A stretch of 59,000 bases of DNA, the filler included, from Sphacelaria rigidula (Eukaryota), in NCBI GenBank assembly GCA_964200075.2. It is 5 parts of 5 records of this genome, joined end to end, with 100 filler letters (N's around TTAATTAATTAA, not from the genome) between each part and the next. Parts side by side here need not be neighbours in the genome. Positions count along the whole stretch, not along the records: positions 1 to 11,722 come from CAXNAA020004590.1; positions 11,823 to 23,543 come from CAXNAA020004591.1; 3 more parts are not named here. The stretch is one strand, 5' to 3'. A model generated the notes under the pieces. That model did no database searches, had not been told where the DNA came from, and saw only the letters and a list, made by a program, of their open reading frames with translations. Of this stretch, positions 1 through 12,424 are shown piece after piece (position 1 is the stretch's first letter; the number at the start of each line of letters is the position of its first letter). Position numbers and translations under genes: made by a program.

Positions 1-1406
1 CCAGCTGTGGTACGATCACGTTGATCAGGATACATATCTTGATCCTAATGTGTAGGCGCGGGTCTCTGAGAATCACGTCCAACCTGCCTATCTGTGTCTT
101 ACCCTTTTCTATTACTTTGTTCATGTGTGCATACCCTTTGACAGGGGGGCGGGGGGGATGGCTTCTGGGAAAACCTCAAGGCTCCCCGTTTATATATCGT
201 GCTTTCAATCGTCCCCGCTCCCTTGGTGGGACGGGTATTTAGTCTCCAGGGATCAATCCGTCCTTCCCCCGGCACATGCCTTACACCTTGTTATCGAGCG
301 GTAGAGCGGTGGAGCCACGTCCTCGCAGTTCGCTAGCCTGCATCCCATTCTATTTTCGGCGTATCTCCTGTGCTGAACGGGTAAAGCTTTGGTTCCGCAG
401 CTCTTACTTATAACAGTCTGTACTACCGATGGTACTACACGTATTCCTCCTATTATGGATAAGGTGCATGAAAAATTCATGGTTTATCATATTATCGAAC
501 AGTACTTACGAACAGCTTGGTGAAGTCACTTATACTGCCACTAATATCATATTCAGTAATGATGCTTTATACATGTTACTACATACACGTCCTCTCACGA
601 TTTCTATTATTACAGTCATCAATTCTACCACAATTCATTTTCCTACGGTAAATCCTTCCATGTATACCGTCATCACTATTACATTTCTTTACGCTACTGT
701 ATTATTATCAAAATTCCCTACCCTCCATCACTATTCTCACAACCGTGTATTTCCTTATTGTTAGCGGCATTTGTGCGTGTTACTTTACTTTCGTCCTGTC
801 CGTACGAACTGCTCCACAATTGAGTGTTCTTACTGTCCGTCGTTATACTGACTTTCATTCCGAGCTAAGTACTGACTATTGTTTCCATAAATGCGGTCAT
901 TGATCGTGGTCGTTTTTCACTTAGTTCTTGATCAGCAATTGAATATCTTCGTTAGGTGCTTTTGGGAGGCAATGCTGTCATGATGCTGTCCTTTTTGTCA
1001 TTATTTTTTCCCACCCCCTCTTCTCCGCGTGACGTTACTAACAATTCTAAGGGTCTGACAAAACATCGCGGGTTCGAATCACGAAATCTGCGAATATTGG
1101 GGCGTGATTGTTCCGAAGGCGAAAACGCGTTGACCACGGGTCGCGAAAGTGTCCATTATATGCAACTTTTGCGCTATTCCATGTGCCTAGGGTGCGTGCT
1201 TCTGCGGTAAAGCACTGCAAACAAAGCCCAAGCCTTGATGCGTGCGGCACAAATCTTTTACACCAAAAGCAAGCGGTTTTCAGACGAATCATTACTCTTC
1301 CGACCCTTGAACAATTTTAGCACTATAAAAATATTCCACGATGCATATATATATTTTCCGTTCGCCGATATCCCTGTGTCGCCCCGAAACGATCGCCGCT
1401 GTCCAG

Positions 1407-3984
1407 GTCATGAAGCCATTTGTGACCAAGGTACTCAAGCTGTCAAGGGCCGTGGTCGAAGCAGGAGAGCAACCGCCGGGCGACGATCTCAACGACCAGC
1501 TTGTCGCCCTCAGGTCAGCGAGATCACATTTTTATTGTGCCGTACAGTGATGGACTCACGAGAAACATCATCAGTCCATTGCTGTACGGTACTGTCGGTA
1601 AGTCCTTCAACATTTACTCTCCATTGTATACGACGACGGCCTGACACGTGCCCGTAAGTATCAGCAATCTCCACGGATGAGTCAGAGTCTCCGCGAGCCC
1701 AGATGGACAATGGCAATTTTTTCAGGTTGCCTTGCAACTGCGAATATGTCTTTGGAGTCGCAGATGGACACTGGACGGTGCCGACCCCATTTCGTCGACT
1801 CAAGGCGACGGCGAACGGATATTTGTGTACGTACCACCGTACCACGTGGGTGAAAAAGCACAATTTTCTGTCCCAGCGTCATCCCTTCAAGCCCCAGAAT
1901 TTTCTGAAACATACTTCTTCGGCCTCAGGCTCAACCCTCCAGGGCATGGTACTTCCTCACAAATATCATGTCCGCTTTAGCCTTAATCGTGCGTGTATAT
2001 ACGACAAGTACATGTTTGATGACATATAAGATCATAGCATATTGATATAGGAAACGCCTAGGTGCACGAGGACTGGTAGCACTCAAATCTGAGCAATTGT
2101 GGGCACGAATGAATGAGTGTCAGAGGTACGCATATAACGAGAAGTGCAATATTCTCGTCCTCAGTAAGGCCCCTTGGGCGATTCGCTTGCTTGCAGTCAA
2201 GCAGAGTGTCGGTTGATGCCAATGGCGTACCCCGCCGGGCTTTGTACACAGCTTACAGACTGTGCTCCGTGTGTAGACGGTTTGCCAAGTTTTCATCCCT
2301 GATCAACGTTCGTGAATCAAATGAAGTAGCGGCAGCGAGCTGATAGTGTACGCCACGGATGAAGGCTGCCGACAGCCACACCAATACCATGAACACATAC
2401 CGCATCACATTAGTAAAAGCTATTTGGGGGTTGGAGCCACGAAGAGAACGGTTTCCATGCCGTTGAGCGGAAAGTCGCAACCTGCTCCGACGGCCTTGCC
2501 CCTTGTGCGACTTCCCTACATAGCGTTTTGGCACGCCTGGCGGTGGTTTGCCTGGGATCGTCCTGAGCGTGGTATCTCCGCAGGCTGGCTTTTTCTCATT
2601 TTCCCCGTCCTCGCTGCTACTGGGGATTCCCTTCTTGATAACTTTCGTGCATCTACCTTTGGGCGCGTCTACCTTTCGATCGCGGCTAGATCCGTGGTAC
2701 AATAGAGCGACTATATCGTGCATACACAAAGTTCGACTCAACGGTCCACGAGGGGAAGGGACCGCTGGATCCCTTTCGCGATAAAAGAAATGGCAAGCAC
2801 CGCAGAAGGAAGGGGGAGTATTAATAACAAGCAAACAAACAACTCGTGTGTTGACCTTCCTCCTGTGTGACCCCGGCTGATGCGCCCACATATACCGAAA
2901 GATGTAGAACGGCGTCCAGAATAGAGGGAACGACAACACACAACACAATCAAATGACCACACCTGTCCCTTCCTCCTCCTCTTCCTGCGGCTGGTGCTGC
3001 TACTGCTGCAAATGCCCCCGTCACCGTGGAACGCTCTACCGTACTTGTCACAGTAACGCCGACAACCCCACCCACGACGAGGCGGGCTTGGCTGGGGGGA
3101 AGGTGTTCGACTGGGCCACGGATCTCCAGTTCGAGCTGTACAACCTCGCGGACACTGCTCCTGACGTGGAGTATCGTGATGTACGTTCCCCACCTGGAGA
3201 CACACGTTCCTATTAAAGCAACACACAAACGCAGTCCTAGCAAAAAGCAGTCGACAACAAATATCGGATACGCGGTAAAATACATACTGTGTATACGAAG
3301 TATTTATATTCTGCAAATTTGATCGACTAACTGGCATGCTCCCTCGATTTCTATATGATATTCCGTGCTGATAGCTGAACATATAACGGTTGATACAACA
3401 TTTTGACATGTAGTGTTTTGAGCTCATGAGTGCTTCAACAAAACAAATCAGTCGCCAGCACTAGTTCAGTCGCCGTGGGGATTACAGAGACAAAAATGCG
3501 GGGTGACTCGCATGGCAGGGATTTTTGTCTATCTGCATTCACCGAGAGTTTGTCTCACCTGGTATTCGTGTGTGCTGTAGGCGTGTATGCACGATGCTGG
3601 TCACTCTAGCGATCTGAGGTCCGAACAGCAACCATGTAGATCGATTAACCCTTTCAAGAACCGAGAGTTTCTCACCAAGACTAGAGTAAATCGAATTTTG
3701 GCCGTTAGTATTCTACGGCAAATGATTCATCATGAAACATGGTACATAGGACATGTCGCAAGCGCGCATGTTCGACAAGACAGCTCGGTCCCGCGAATTG
3801 GGCACATGCGTTACTGCCTATTTTGAAGAACTCCGGTCTCCCCATTCAGTTGTTCCCATTTCTAGGAACAATGGCATGCTTTTAGCGTGTCGGTGTCAAT
3901 GCTGAGTCCGTCCGTCGTGGTACACGCAGGGCCAAGAGAACGTTCGGCTTTCTTGATGTCCAGGGAGGGTCTTTGGCTTGTTGA
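1407..3984 (+). CDS. 3' part of an unknown multi-exon gene; predicted exons 1407-1513, 3054-3180, 3581-3618, 3930-3984 (stop)
   Basis: AG/GT-bounded segments with compatible phases join into VMKPFVTKVLKLSRAVVEAGEQPPGDDLNDQLVALS-NADNPTHDEAGLAGGKVFDWATDLQFELYNLADTAPDVEYRD-ACMHDAGHSSDLR-AKRTFGFLDVQGGSLAC*. No domain recognised. The first two exons are better supported than the last two. Confidence 0.5.
2690..2948 (+). mobile_element. 3' portion of a tRNA-derived SINE-like element, intronic
   Basis: Shares TCGCGATAAAA..CAAGCACCGCAGAAGG..GTGTTGACCTTCCTC.TGTGTGACCCCGGCTG.TGCGCCCACATATACCG..CGACAACACACAACAC with the reverse complement of 50790-51150. Confidence 0.75.
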
Positions 3985-6900
3985 TGTGTGTTGTTTCTGC
4001 TTGACGACTGCGTGGGGAGAAATGCCGGTCCTTGCAGTGGTTACAGATTGCCTTTTTTTCTCTCGCGCCAGCATTTACGAGAGGGGGGAAACGTAGGAGA
4101 TAGACCAGGCAGCTTCTGTCATGCGCTTCCCTCTATCGAAGACGAAGGTTTGAAATGATGATGCAGAGAAAACATCCACGGCTATAAACTAGGTGAGCCA
4201 GGTACTCACAGTGGAACCGGATACACACCAGTACGTGCTACATGCTACTGACCTGGGATTTCCGTTTATTTTGGCAACTATAATAGGACGTGCCATTGGA
4301 TGCTGTCTGTATTCTGATATACTCCTTGAAGGTTAAGGTGCGTGTGTTAGTCTTCCTACATGCCCTCGAGACCGTATGGTAACTGCTCTACTGGTTTGCG
4401 TAGCGCGTAATCTTTGAAAAACACAGAAGACAGCATGATGCAATCACCATTTGGGACGCCATATCAGGATAGCCGACAAGGGTGCAGCAAGTATGGTGTT
4501 TCCGGCGTTACGCAGAATCTCCTACCCATCTAGTAGTATATAGCTGTTGATGCTTGCTTTCATCTAAATCCCCGGCTACTATCGTTCTGTGTGTACGTTG
4601 TCATTCAGGCTGGTACTTCAGTGCAAGACAGTGTATGGTACCGTATTATGTTTTATCCCGAAGAAGGTCGACCGTTGCATTTTCCCGAAAAACAGTTTCG
4701 AGAGCCTGCGTCCGTTTTCTCAGCGTTTTTTTCGTCACCGCATGTCTACTTTTGCCAGACAGCGTCGGACGTACACCGCGTTTTTCTTCGCAGCAGCACC
4801 TGCGAACCTCGTCACGCTGCATAAGAAAACGGATTCTCCATACGACTCCATTCAGTAGATACGCCCGGAGACACCTTACCCCCAACAAAAAGGGGATCGG
4901 AGGACCGATACTATCTCACCTGCACAATCATATTCTGGCGTTATGCGATGCGGTTGATACAGCAAAAAGGATAATTAACGCCATCGTTTGGCTCGCACGG
5001 TGCCAACTGCACACAAAACGTACGTGGGCGTTTACTCTATGCGTATCTCGCCTCGCATGACCCCTCGGGGGTACCTACCCACTTGGCCATAATGGTGAGA
5101 CCAGACCAAGCGATGCGCCATGACAGGCGCGCGGCAAGCGGGGAGGTCGAGAGGGCGGGGGTTAACACCAAAAGCAAAAATAGGCATGATGAGCGTGGTG
5201 TTTTTGTGAGACGATTCAGCAGCGTATCTCCACCGCAGCCAGAATGTAGGATTGGCTAGAAGCCGCTTTTGCGGATGACTGTAGCTCTCTTGGATTCCCG
5301 GCACCATCCGTAGAGCATCCCGTGATATTGAAGAGCGCGGGTTTGTAGTGTGCCTACCCGCCCGAATATCAACACGTTACACACCGTAGGTTACGGAGAT
5401 CATCATTAAGGGTGATATTTGACCCCGGCCTTGCTTATCTCGTACAGTGCCGCTGTCGTGCTACCTAGAGTTTTCTCGTTTGAAATACCTCGTTGAAGAT
5501 GTTGTGGTGGGTTAATCTCGCTGAACGCTCGTCAACATGGAGGAAATCAAGTATTCGGTTCACCCCGACGGATGATACACCTCGAATTATGCGGTACGTT
5601 TACGGTATTTCCCGCCCTTGCCATATCATGAAGCTCGCTGTTTGTCGCAGCTCCTGATCTTTCCGACCTCGATTTTCTCGAGACGCAACAACGTACGTTG
5701 TCAAATGAGCAGGTTTGTTGAATAGCGACTAATAGCAGTATAACTATCGGTGTCGTGAGTAGTGTCGCTGCCAAGAAAGCCTTGGATGAAAAATGCTATC
5801 GCTCTAACTGACCGTTAGTACGCACCACTTCGGCCATCAGGCACCTGTTGTACATACACTACCGAACATGTAGCATCATAAACGTATGGTCAGCGGAAAG
5901 CAAAATACGATGCATGTACTCATGTTGGGTACAGAGCATGTTTGAGATCACTCACGTTACTTCTTGCTCACCACTACCACAGCCACGCATTTGCCTGCAT
6001 AGTGACGCTGCAGTTCGAGGACAAACATTGATACCGATGTTTGGCATTATGCACAGTAGTTCTTTGGCAGGCGATATATCAAAGTATGCGTGCGATACAA
6101 GCCCGTACAAGACGTTTTCGCCGAGTCGGTGTATGAGATATCTCATACCTAGTGAGGGAAGAAACGTTGCTGGCTTCGTGCCCCGCAAAAGATCGTGTAC
6201 GAAGTATAACAATATCCAGCAGAAGCGGTCACGCCGCGAAGTAACGCAACGTATCGCAACTCGTAGTCCACGAAGGGTACAGGGAGGAAGTAGAAATGGG
6301 GATAGCAAATTTTTGTTTCCGAGGAGATGGAACGCCAAGTGAATCGGCTGAAACTCGTGGTTCACGGAAAGATGTCGCTGGCGGGACACGGAGATTATCT
6401 CCCATTCTGCGGAAATATACTCGTGACTCACGCAGAGGAAACGCGGTTCACATATATTTTCTCGCAACTAGATCGTGGACAAGATGTTGTATACACACAA
6501 CTCGAGGAAGGTCGCAATCAAAACTTCCTCCCAGTTGATCCCCCTATCCCTCGCCAAGTCGAGTCCGTTGAGGACACTCCGTCACTTTTTTCTTGTAAGC
6601 ACCATATCATGGATCAGGTATAGCACTATTCCACACAACCTGAATTCCGCGCAGAACATTTTGCTAAACCAGTGCACACTTTGAGAAACGTAATACGATG
6701 TTTTACCCTACTGTGACTCATGATACAAGTTCTGCGTTCAAAATTGCGGAACAGCTTTGTTCGCCACGAGACCCTGCCCACCCCCGACCCCGTCCGTGCG
6801 TGCGTGCGCCAGGCAGCAGTTACAAAACGTTGTTCGCGCGCATTGGCAGAAGGTGTTTTGGTGGTCAGTCGTGCAGGACCTGATAATGCTTTGTTGCTGA

Positions 6901-7445
6901 CTGAGTATGCTGCGATTCATACGTCCAGGCACTCTTTAACTATTTTCCGTCAGGGGTTCCTCATCGCTGCATTATCATAATACACCCTATCTAGCAAATC
7001 ACAGGTGTACTCCTCGCGTGGAGTACCTACCCTCTGTACGCGACACACACCTTGACTATGGTCTACAAGTCCCGGGAGGAGATGCTCGGGTCGATATCAT
7101 GTAATGGAAGAGAGAAGATGAAAATATGTTGTCCGTTCAAAGGCGTGGTGATGTTAGTGAATGAAAAATGACCGGAAACAAGCGGTTGCTGTGGAAATCA
7201 TGGCATGGAGACAAAGTATATCGGATCACCTTTGGTCGGAGCACGAAGGAGGCATTGCTCATCGGTACAGACACCTGGGCCCTCTTCTCTCGAGGATACA
7301 TGCGATGAGCCAGCTGAGACAAATGAAGAGCTGAGTACACCCCACCCCTCTCCTCTCATCGCCTTTCTCCCTTTTCAAGTAGATTCCTCTGTTGCCAAGC
7401 CACCTAGCAGTCGAAAACTCACGATTCCCGACTGAAAATACATAC

Positions 7446-7475
7446 GGTTAGGGTTAAGGTTAGGGTGAGGGTTAA
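7446..7475 (+). repeat. Short interstitial telomere-like (TTAGGG)n tract
   Basis: GGTTAGGGTTAAGGTTAGGGTGAGGGTTAA. Confidence 0.5.
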
Positions 7476-7504
7476 CATACATAGGCCAGGTTGCACGTGT
7501 ACAG

Positions 7505-8785
7505 TTCAAGGGCAGGTCGGTAGGGTATACCCGATACTCGATGTTTTGAAAAGTCATGCCCTTAGTACCCAAACATGCGGGTCGAGTAATGAACTTGTAC
7601 CCAATTTACCCGAACTTTGGGTAGGGGTTGGAGATCGTAGCCAAACTTACCCAAATTTGAGTCGAGTATTTGGACCATATCCAAGTGATACTCTATACAG
7701 TACCCAGATATTGCCGAGACTTCTTACCCAAATTCGGGTAGAGTGTTTGAGGTCATACCCAACCTACCCAAATTTTGGGTAAAATATTGAGGCCATACCC
7801 ATGTGATAATCTATACCCAGGACTGCTGGGAGTGCTTACCCAACATTTGGACAGAGCATTTGTGATCATACCCAATCTAGACAAGAGTTGGGGAGAAGCA
7901 CTACCCAAAATTTGGGTAGCGTTTCTGAGGCCGTACTCAATCGACTCGAACCTTGGGTAGAGTAAATACCCGGGTATCCTACTCGAGTGTGGAAAACGAG
8001 ATACTCTACCCGATCTGCCCTTGAAGTATACTGCTCAAGGAGGGGCCGGTGGGCTCATGCACCAACTAGACGTTTTTTTACTCTTTTATGGCCGCCGTTC
8101 GCTTTTATTCATCGTAGCCTGTGATGCAACGTCATCACCTCATTGTTGGCCATCGTTCGCCCACACAGTCAAGGCAGTCTGTGAAGTGACGTCACGAAAT
8201 CACCGACGGTCAGGCTTACTTATCATACCCAGGTGATTATCTATACCTGAGTGTTGCTGAGATGGCTCACCCAATACTTGGATAAAGTATTTGAATCGTA
8301 CCCGATCTACCCAATATTTGGGTATAGTATGAGAGATCGTACCCAACTTACCCACTTTTGGGAGGGAGTATTGAGGCAATACCCAAGTGATACTCTATAC
8401 CCACGTACTGCTGACAGTCCTTACCCAAATCTGGTTAGAGCATGTAAGGTCGTACTCGATCCACCCCCCAAATGGGTAGAGTATAAAAATCGTACCCAAA
8501 TTACCCTAATGTTTGGGTAGAGTATAGAAACCGTACCCAAGCGATACTCTACCCCCAGGTATTGCTGGGAGTGCCTACCCTAACATCGGGGCATGAAGTA
8601 TTTGAAATCGTACCCAATCTACCGAAAAATTGGGTCGAGTGTTTGAGGTCATACCCAATCTACCCAAAAATTGGGTAGAGTGTGTGAGGCCGCACCCAAT
8701 CTACCCAAAACCTAGGTAGAGTAAATACCCGGGTATTCTACGCGAGTATTCACAAGTATATACCCTACCCGACCTGCCCTTGAAA
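7505..8785. mobile_element. Non-autonomous terminal-inverted-repeat element(s) with dense TACCC/GGGTA subrepeats; one left end (7505) and two right ends (8025, 8785)
   Basis: Left TTCAAGGGCAGGTCGGTAGGGTAT is the inverse of ATACTCTACCCGATCTGCCCTTGAA (~8001-8025) and TACCCTACCCGACCTGCCCTTGAA (~8761-8784). Many internal TACCCAA units. No coding capacity. Confidence 0.7.
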
Positions 8786-11314
8786 CGTTTGCTTCAAAAC
8801 TCTGTTTCAAGGTCATCCGTCTCTCTGCCATTGCGGTGTCATGCAAAGCATGTCAAAGGTGGACTGTGCTCCCCATGCCATCATTACATCCTGGTACTCG
8901 TCACTGCGGTGTGCAAGTAGACGTGCCGTCCCCGCTTTTCAGATAGATTGTGGTGCTGTCGCTAACCCAGACTCCGAAATGATTTCGATCTCTGAGCATG
9001 CCTGTATTGTTTCCTTGTCACCTTGCTCGAATCTTATGCTGGAACTTGCAATCTCTGCAGCGTGTATCTCGCCTCCTCCCTCGGAACAGCAGTTTACCAA
9101 GGCCTCACGCATACGACAGCCGACGGTCGCGCTATATTACAACGCTTCTCTCATGATACTAAGAGGGCGGACATAAGAATAAAACAAGATAGCTGAACAC
9201 TTGCGTACCATCAGGAATGTTCTCTAATTCAATTTTGTTTTGATCAAAATAGCACGACAGAACTGCGGGGTGTCATCGTCGGCTACTTTACATTTCTTCG
9301 CTCGTTTTGTGTAAGGAACTAACCTGTTGTTGCAATAGTTTCCCTAGGTGTCTACCTGACTAACCCAACCGTTGCTGAAAACCAGGTTCTAGTTTGTTTG
9401 AGCACAGCACGCAAGAAACTAAGACACAGCGGTAAGAAAAAACAGAATAGGTTAATCGGAACTGCCTTGATTGGTCCAAAACAAACTGAAAACATTGCGC
9501 CGAACAGAGCAGACAGACAAGCTTCCTAGACGTCATGTACTGTAGCTAGCTTTCGCCAGAATCACAAGAGATAATCTTCGAGGTGTCTCGAGGGAATGCG
9601 CTGAATGGGAAAAGCAATGCACACCCCGAGATACTACCGTAAAATACTGCGTGACTCTTATTCACTTGCATGCACTGCTCTATTCCTCCGTAAGAATATG
9701 GTTTATCTAGAAGCATGCGTTCCTGCCCCGCCGGGTGTGTACACAGTGGGTGGCCCCCTCTATGAGACACAAACTAACCTCTAGAGCTCTAATGAAGACA
9801 TGTGTGTCGCAAATTGAGGTTCAAAGGTGATGTACATATCAGGCTGGGCACACTAGCTTGGCGTCATTGCAAGCACGTTGCTATCACTTTCTTCTCTTTT
9901 TATCAGCGGATGATCCTCAGGTAAATCTCAATTGTGAGGAGTCATGTTTGGTTCATGTATATATATATATATATACATGTGTGGTATTTTGTTTTTCTTG
10001 TCAAGGTTCAACCAGCAGAAATTCTCGAAATTGGATCATTCACTGTGCACATATCTTTTGTGTCTTCATGGTTTCCCCTGCTTCTTTGCTTTCTTGGCCA
10101 TTCTTGTACTTGTTTTCCCTTTGTATGTGCTTGATGTTTACCGTGTACGTACTTCGGCTATGTTCACCTTGCGAACGCGGTTAGACTATCAGGTAATCAG
10201 CTCATGTATGGCAATTCTACCCACCAACCAAACACGGTGAGACAGCTTGTTCTGGTTCCATGATATCGCTTATTTCCCTTCCCTGCCTTACTCCCCTTTC
10301 CTTTCTTTTTCCCTCCTTTTCCCCCTTCCCCCCTTCTTTTCTCTTCTCTCTTCTTCTTCACTGTTCGCAGCTTTTCCTAGTCTACCCTGGTCGTACTACA
10401 TTTCCACTTCGTTGATCTTCACCCTTTTCTCAAGTATTATTCGACGGATGTTTTTCGATTGTTTCCATTGTGTGCGCTTGACTTGTGCCTCCGGTTGGAT
10501 TTGTAGCGAGATGAGTGACCGTGTGACAATCAAGCAGTCAATCGATCGATGTTATCGATATTTTCGATACACCCATCAAGCAAAGGAAGTGCTCAGGATC
10601 TGGCTTTGATTTGGGTGGGTTCTGACCCTGGCCCGTGCTGGTGTGGGTGTCGGTCCTTGCCTTTATCTCTTCTTGGTCTACTTGTGTCTGGGATTTGAAG
10701 CGTTCTCTTTTGTCCCACTTTCGGGTTTGTTTTTTCGTATTTGCGGCTCGTTGATACTGCGCCGCTCTCATTCCTGCCAATCCGCTAGCGGATGTCGACA
10801 CCACAGTGGTGGGTGTATGGAGCTGTATTGTTCTCAAATGGAGAGAGGGTGATCTCCTGCCTCAGAGTGGTTCCAAACTTGTTGAGTATTTGCGTACACT
10901 ACATGAGGCCTCGTATTCAATTTTCAGTGAATTTTCCTAGAAGTGTATGTCCTTGCAATCTCCAAGGACTAGTTAGTTCTGAGTCTACCATTGCCAGTAG
11001 TAGCAACAGGGAATTCTGGTGGAGCGTGTTTGCACACCAAATGTGTCCTCCTATTCACCATTCTTGTACTTCCAGTGTGTACCTTTCGGTCGCGGGCTCT
11101 CCGTCCCAAACCCCAATTTACTACAAAGTCTGCGATGCAAATAAATCTTCCCTTTCAAATATTTGTATTTTTGGATTCTTGACATCGATGACTCCACTTC
11201 TGTTTTCACTAGTGGCTATTTCGAGATATTACGGATGCGTAGAATAGAAAGTCAATTTGTACGACAGGTTGGTTTCAGAACAAGGGAATCCAGGCCAGAT
11301 ATCATGAACAGTCA

Positions 11315-11424
11315 CACGGGTGGCCACTGGGGTGCCTGTAACCTCACATTTGGACGTTGCAGACGTTGTGCAAAGTCTGCAACGTCCAAATGTGAGGTTA
11401 CAGGCACCCCAGTGGCCACCCGTG
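11315..11424. repeat. Perfect inverted repeat: 50-bp arms with a 10-nt loop
   Basis: 11315-11364 CACGGGTGGCCACTGGGGTGCCTGTAACCTCACATTTGGACGTTGCAGAC is the exact reverse complement of 11375-11424. Confidence 0.95.
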
Positions 11425-11654
11425 CAAACAAGGAAAAGGAGGTGACACGAGGGATTTTTCTCTCACATATGCTGTTATCAAATCATTGTGAAACGGTATT
11501 TTCAATCCTGCGTTCCTCGACTATGCATGAAGCTGGTATACGCAGAGAGTGGCACCAACGCACTCAAAATCAGCAATATTTTCGAGGAGCACCAACGGCC
11601 GCGGCATCGGAGTCTTTCTAACCGCGCTTATACATACACACATACACACAGCCG

Positions 11655-11722
11655 GTCGCCCCGGTGGCTCAGTTGGTAACCTCGTAACCTTCTGACGGTA
11701 GAGTTGTGGGGTTCGATTCCCG
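11655..11722 (+). mobile_element. Head of a tRNA-derived SINE (Pol III A and B boxes), cut by the contig end
   Basis: GCCCCGGTGGCTCAGTTGGTAACCTCG (A box) ... GGTTCGATTCCC (B box). Nearly identical to the head of the copy at 50790-51150. Confidence 0.75.
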
Positions 11723-11822
11723 NNNNNNNNNNNNNNNNNNNNNNNNNNNNNNNNNNNNNNNNNNNNTTAATTAATTAANNNNNNNNNNNNNNNNNNNNNN
11801 NNNNNNNNNNNNNNNNNNNNNN
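11723..11822. other. Artificial 100-bp contig spacer (also at 23544-23643, 35364-35463, 47183-47282)
   Basis: N44 + TTAATTAATTAA (stop codons in all six frames) + N44, identical four times. Confidence 0.97.
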
Positions 11823-12220
11823 GTGCATGATCATGAGTAACCCCCCTCCTCCCCCCCCCCCCCTGATAATGGTGAGACACCCATGAGGCAGTGTGGAACC
11901 CGGAGCTGTCTGTGGAAGTGACGATTCCAGAAAATGATTTGACTCATTCGAGTCTGTTGTGTATATTTAAGATAATCAGGGCGCGTCGGGCCGAATAATC
12001 TTGGCAAGATGCAGTCCCCCTGCTATGCGACTCGCCGAACACATTGTGGCGCTTCGCGCTTGGTGATTGCTTGCGAGTCTGCTCCGGCTGAAACCCGGCG
12101 TGCTCCGTCCGTCGCGGCTGTGTACGTATGTGAGGTCAGTGGTGTGTCTCATGACGATGACGTGTAATGCAGCGAGTTCTCCCCCCCCCCTGCTACACGT
12201 ACTGCCTCCCGCCTCCTTAG

Positions 12221-12424
12221 GATGAAACACTCAGCCAAAACGAGGTATACGCGCGATACACTAAGCCCGTGTTCGGCCAGGATGTGGTGTATGCCGCGGA
12301 ACCCAAGAAACGTAACCAGCAGATGCAGCACATGGCCTACGGTCTCCGCACGGCTCGGCTCAAGTCTTACGTTGGGATGATTGAAAGGGAAACGCGTGCG
12401 TTCCTGAAGGACTGGGGCAACTCG
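12221..12424 (+). CDS. CYP51: CYP51 exon (B'/BC region)
   Basis: ttag|GAT...TCG|gtgaga; DETLSQNEVYARYTKPVFGQDVVYAAEPKKRNQQMQHMAYGLRTARLKSYVGMIERETRAFLKDWGNS. Confidence 0.92.

Noticed and set aside
7505..8785. CRISPR-like array
   Set aside because: The units are short, degenerate, in both orientations and bounded by TIRs. There is no constant repeat with unique spacers and no cas genes. The same applies to 18157-19708 and 24015-24445.
6300..9150. Gene formed by protein-like pieces at ~6470-6620, 7200-7430 and 8820-9110
   Set aside because: There are in-frame stops, the strand is ambiguous and there is no consistent splice chain. At most an old pseudogene.
11655..11722. tRNA gene
   Set aside because: It has A and B boxes, but I see no proper cloverleaf, and the same head is attached to a SINE body at 50790-51150.
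11767..11778. TTAATTAATTAA as a biological palindrome or piggyBac site
   Set aside because: It is embedded in N runs and repeated identically, so it is an assembly linker.
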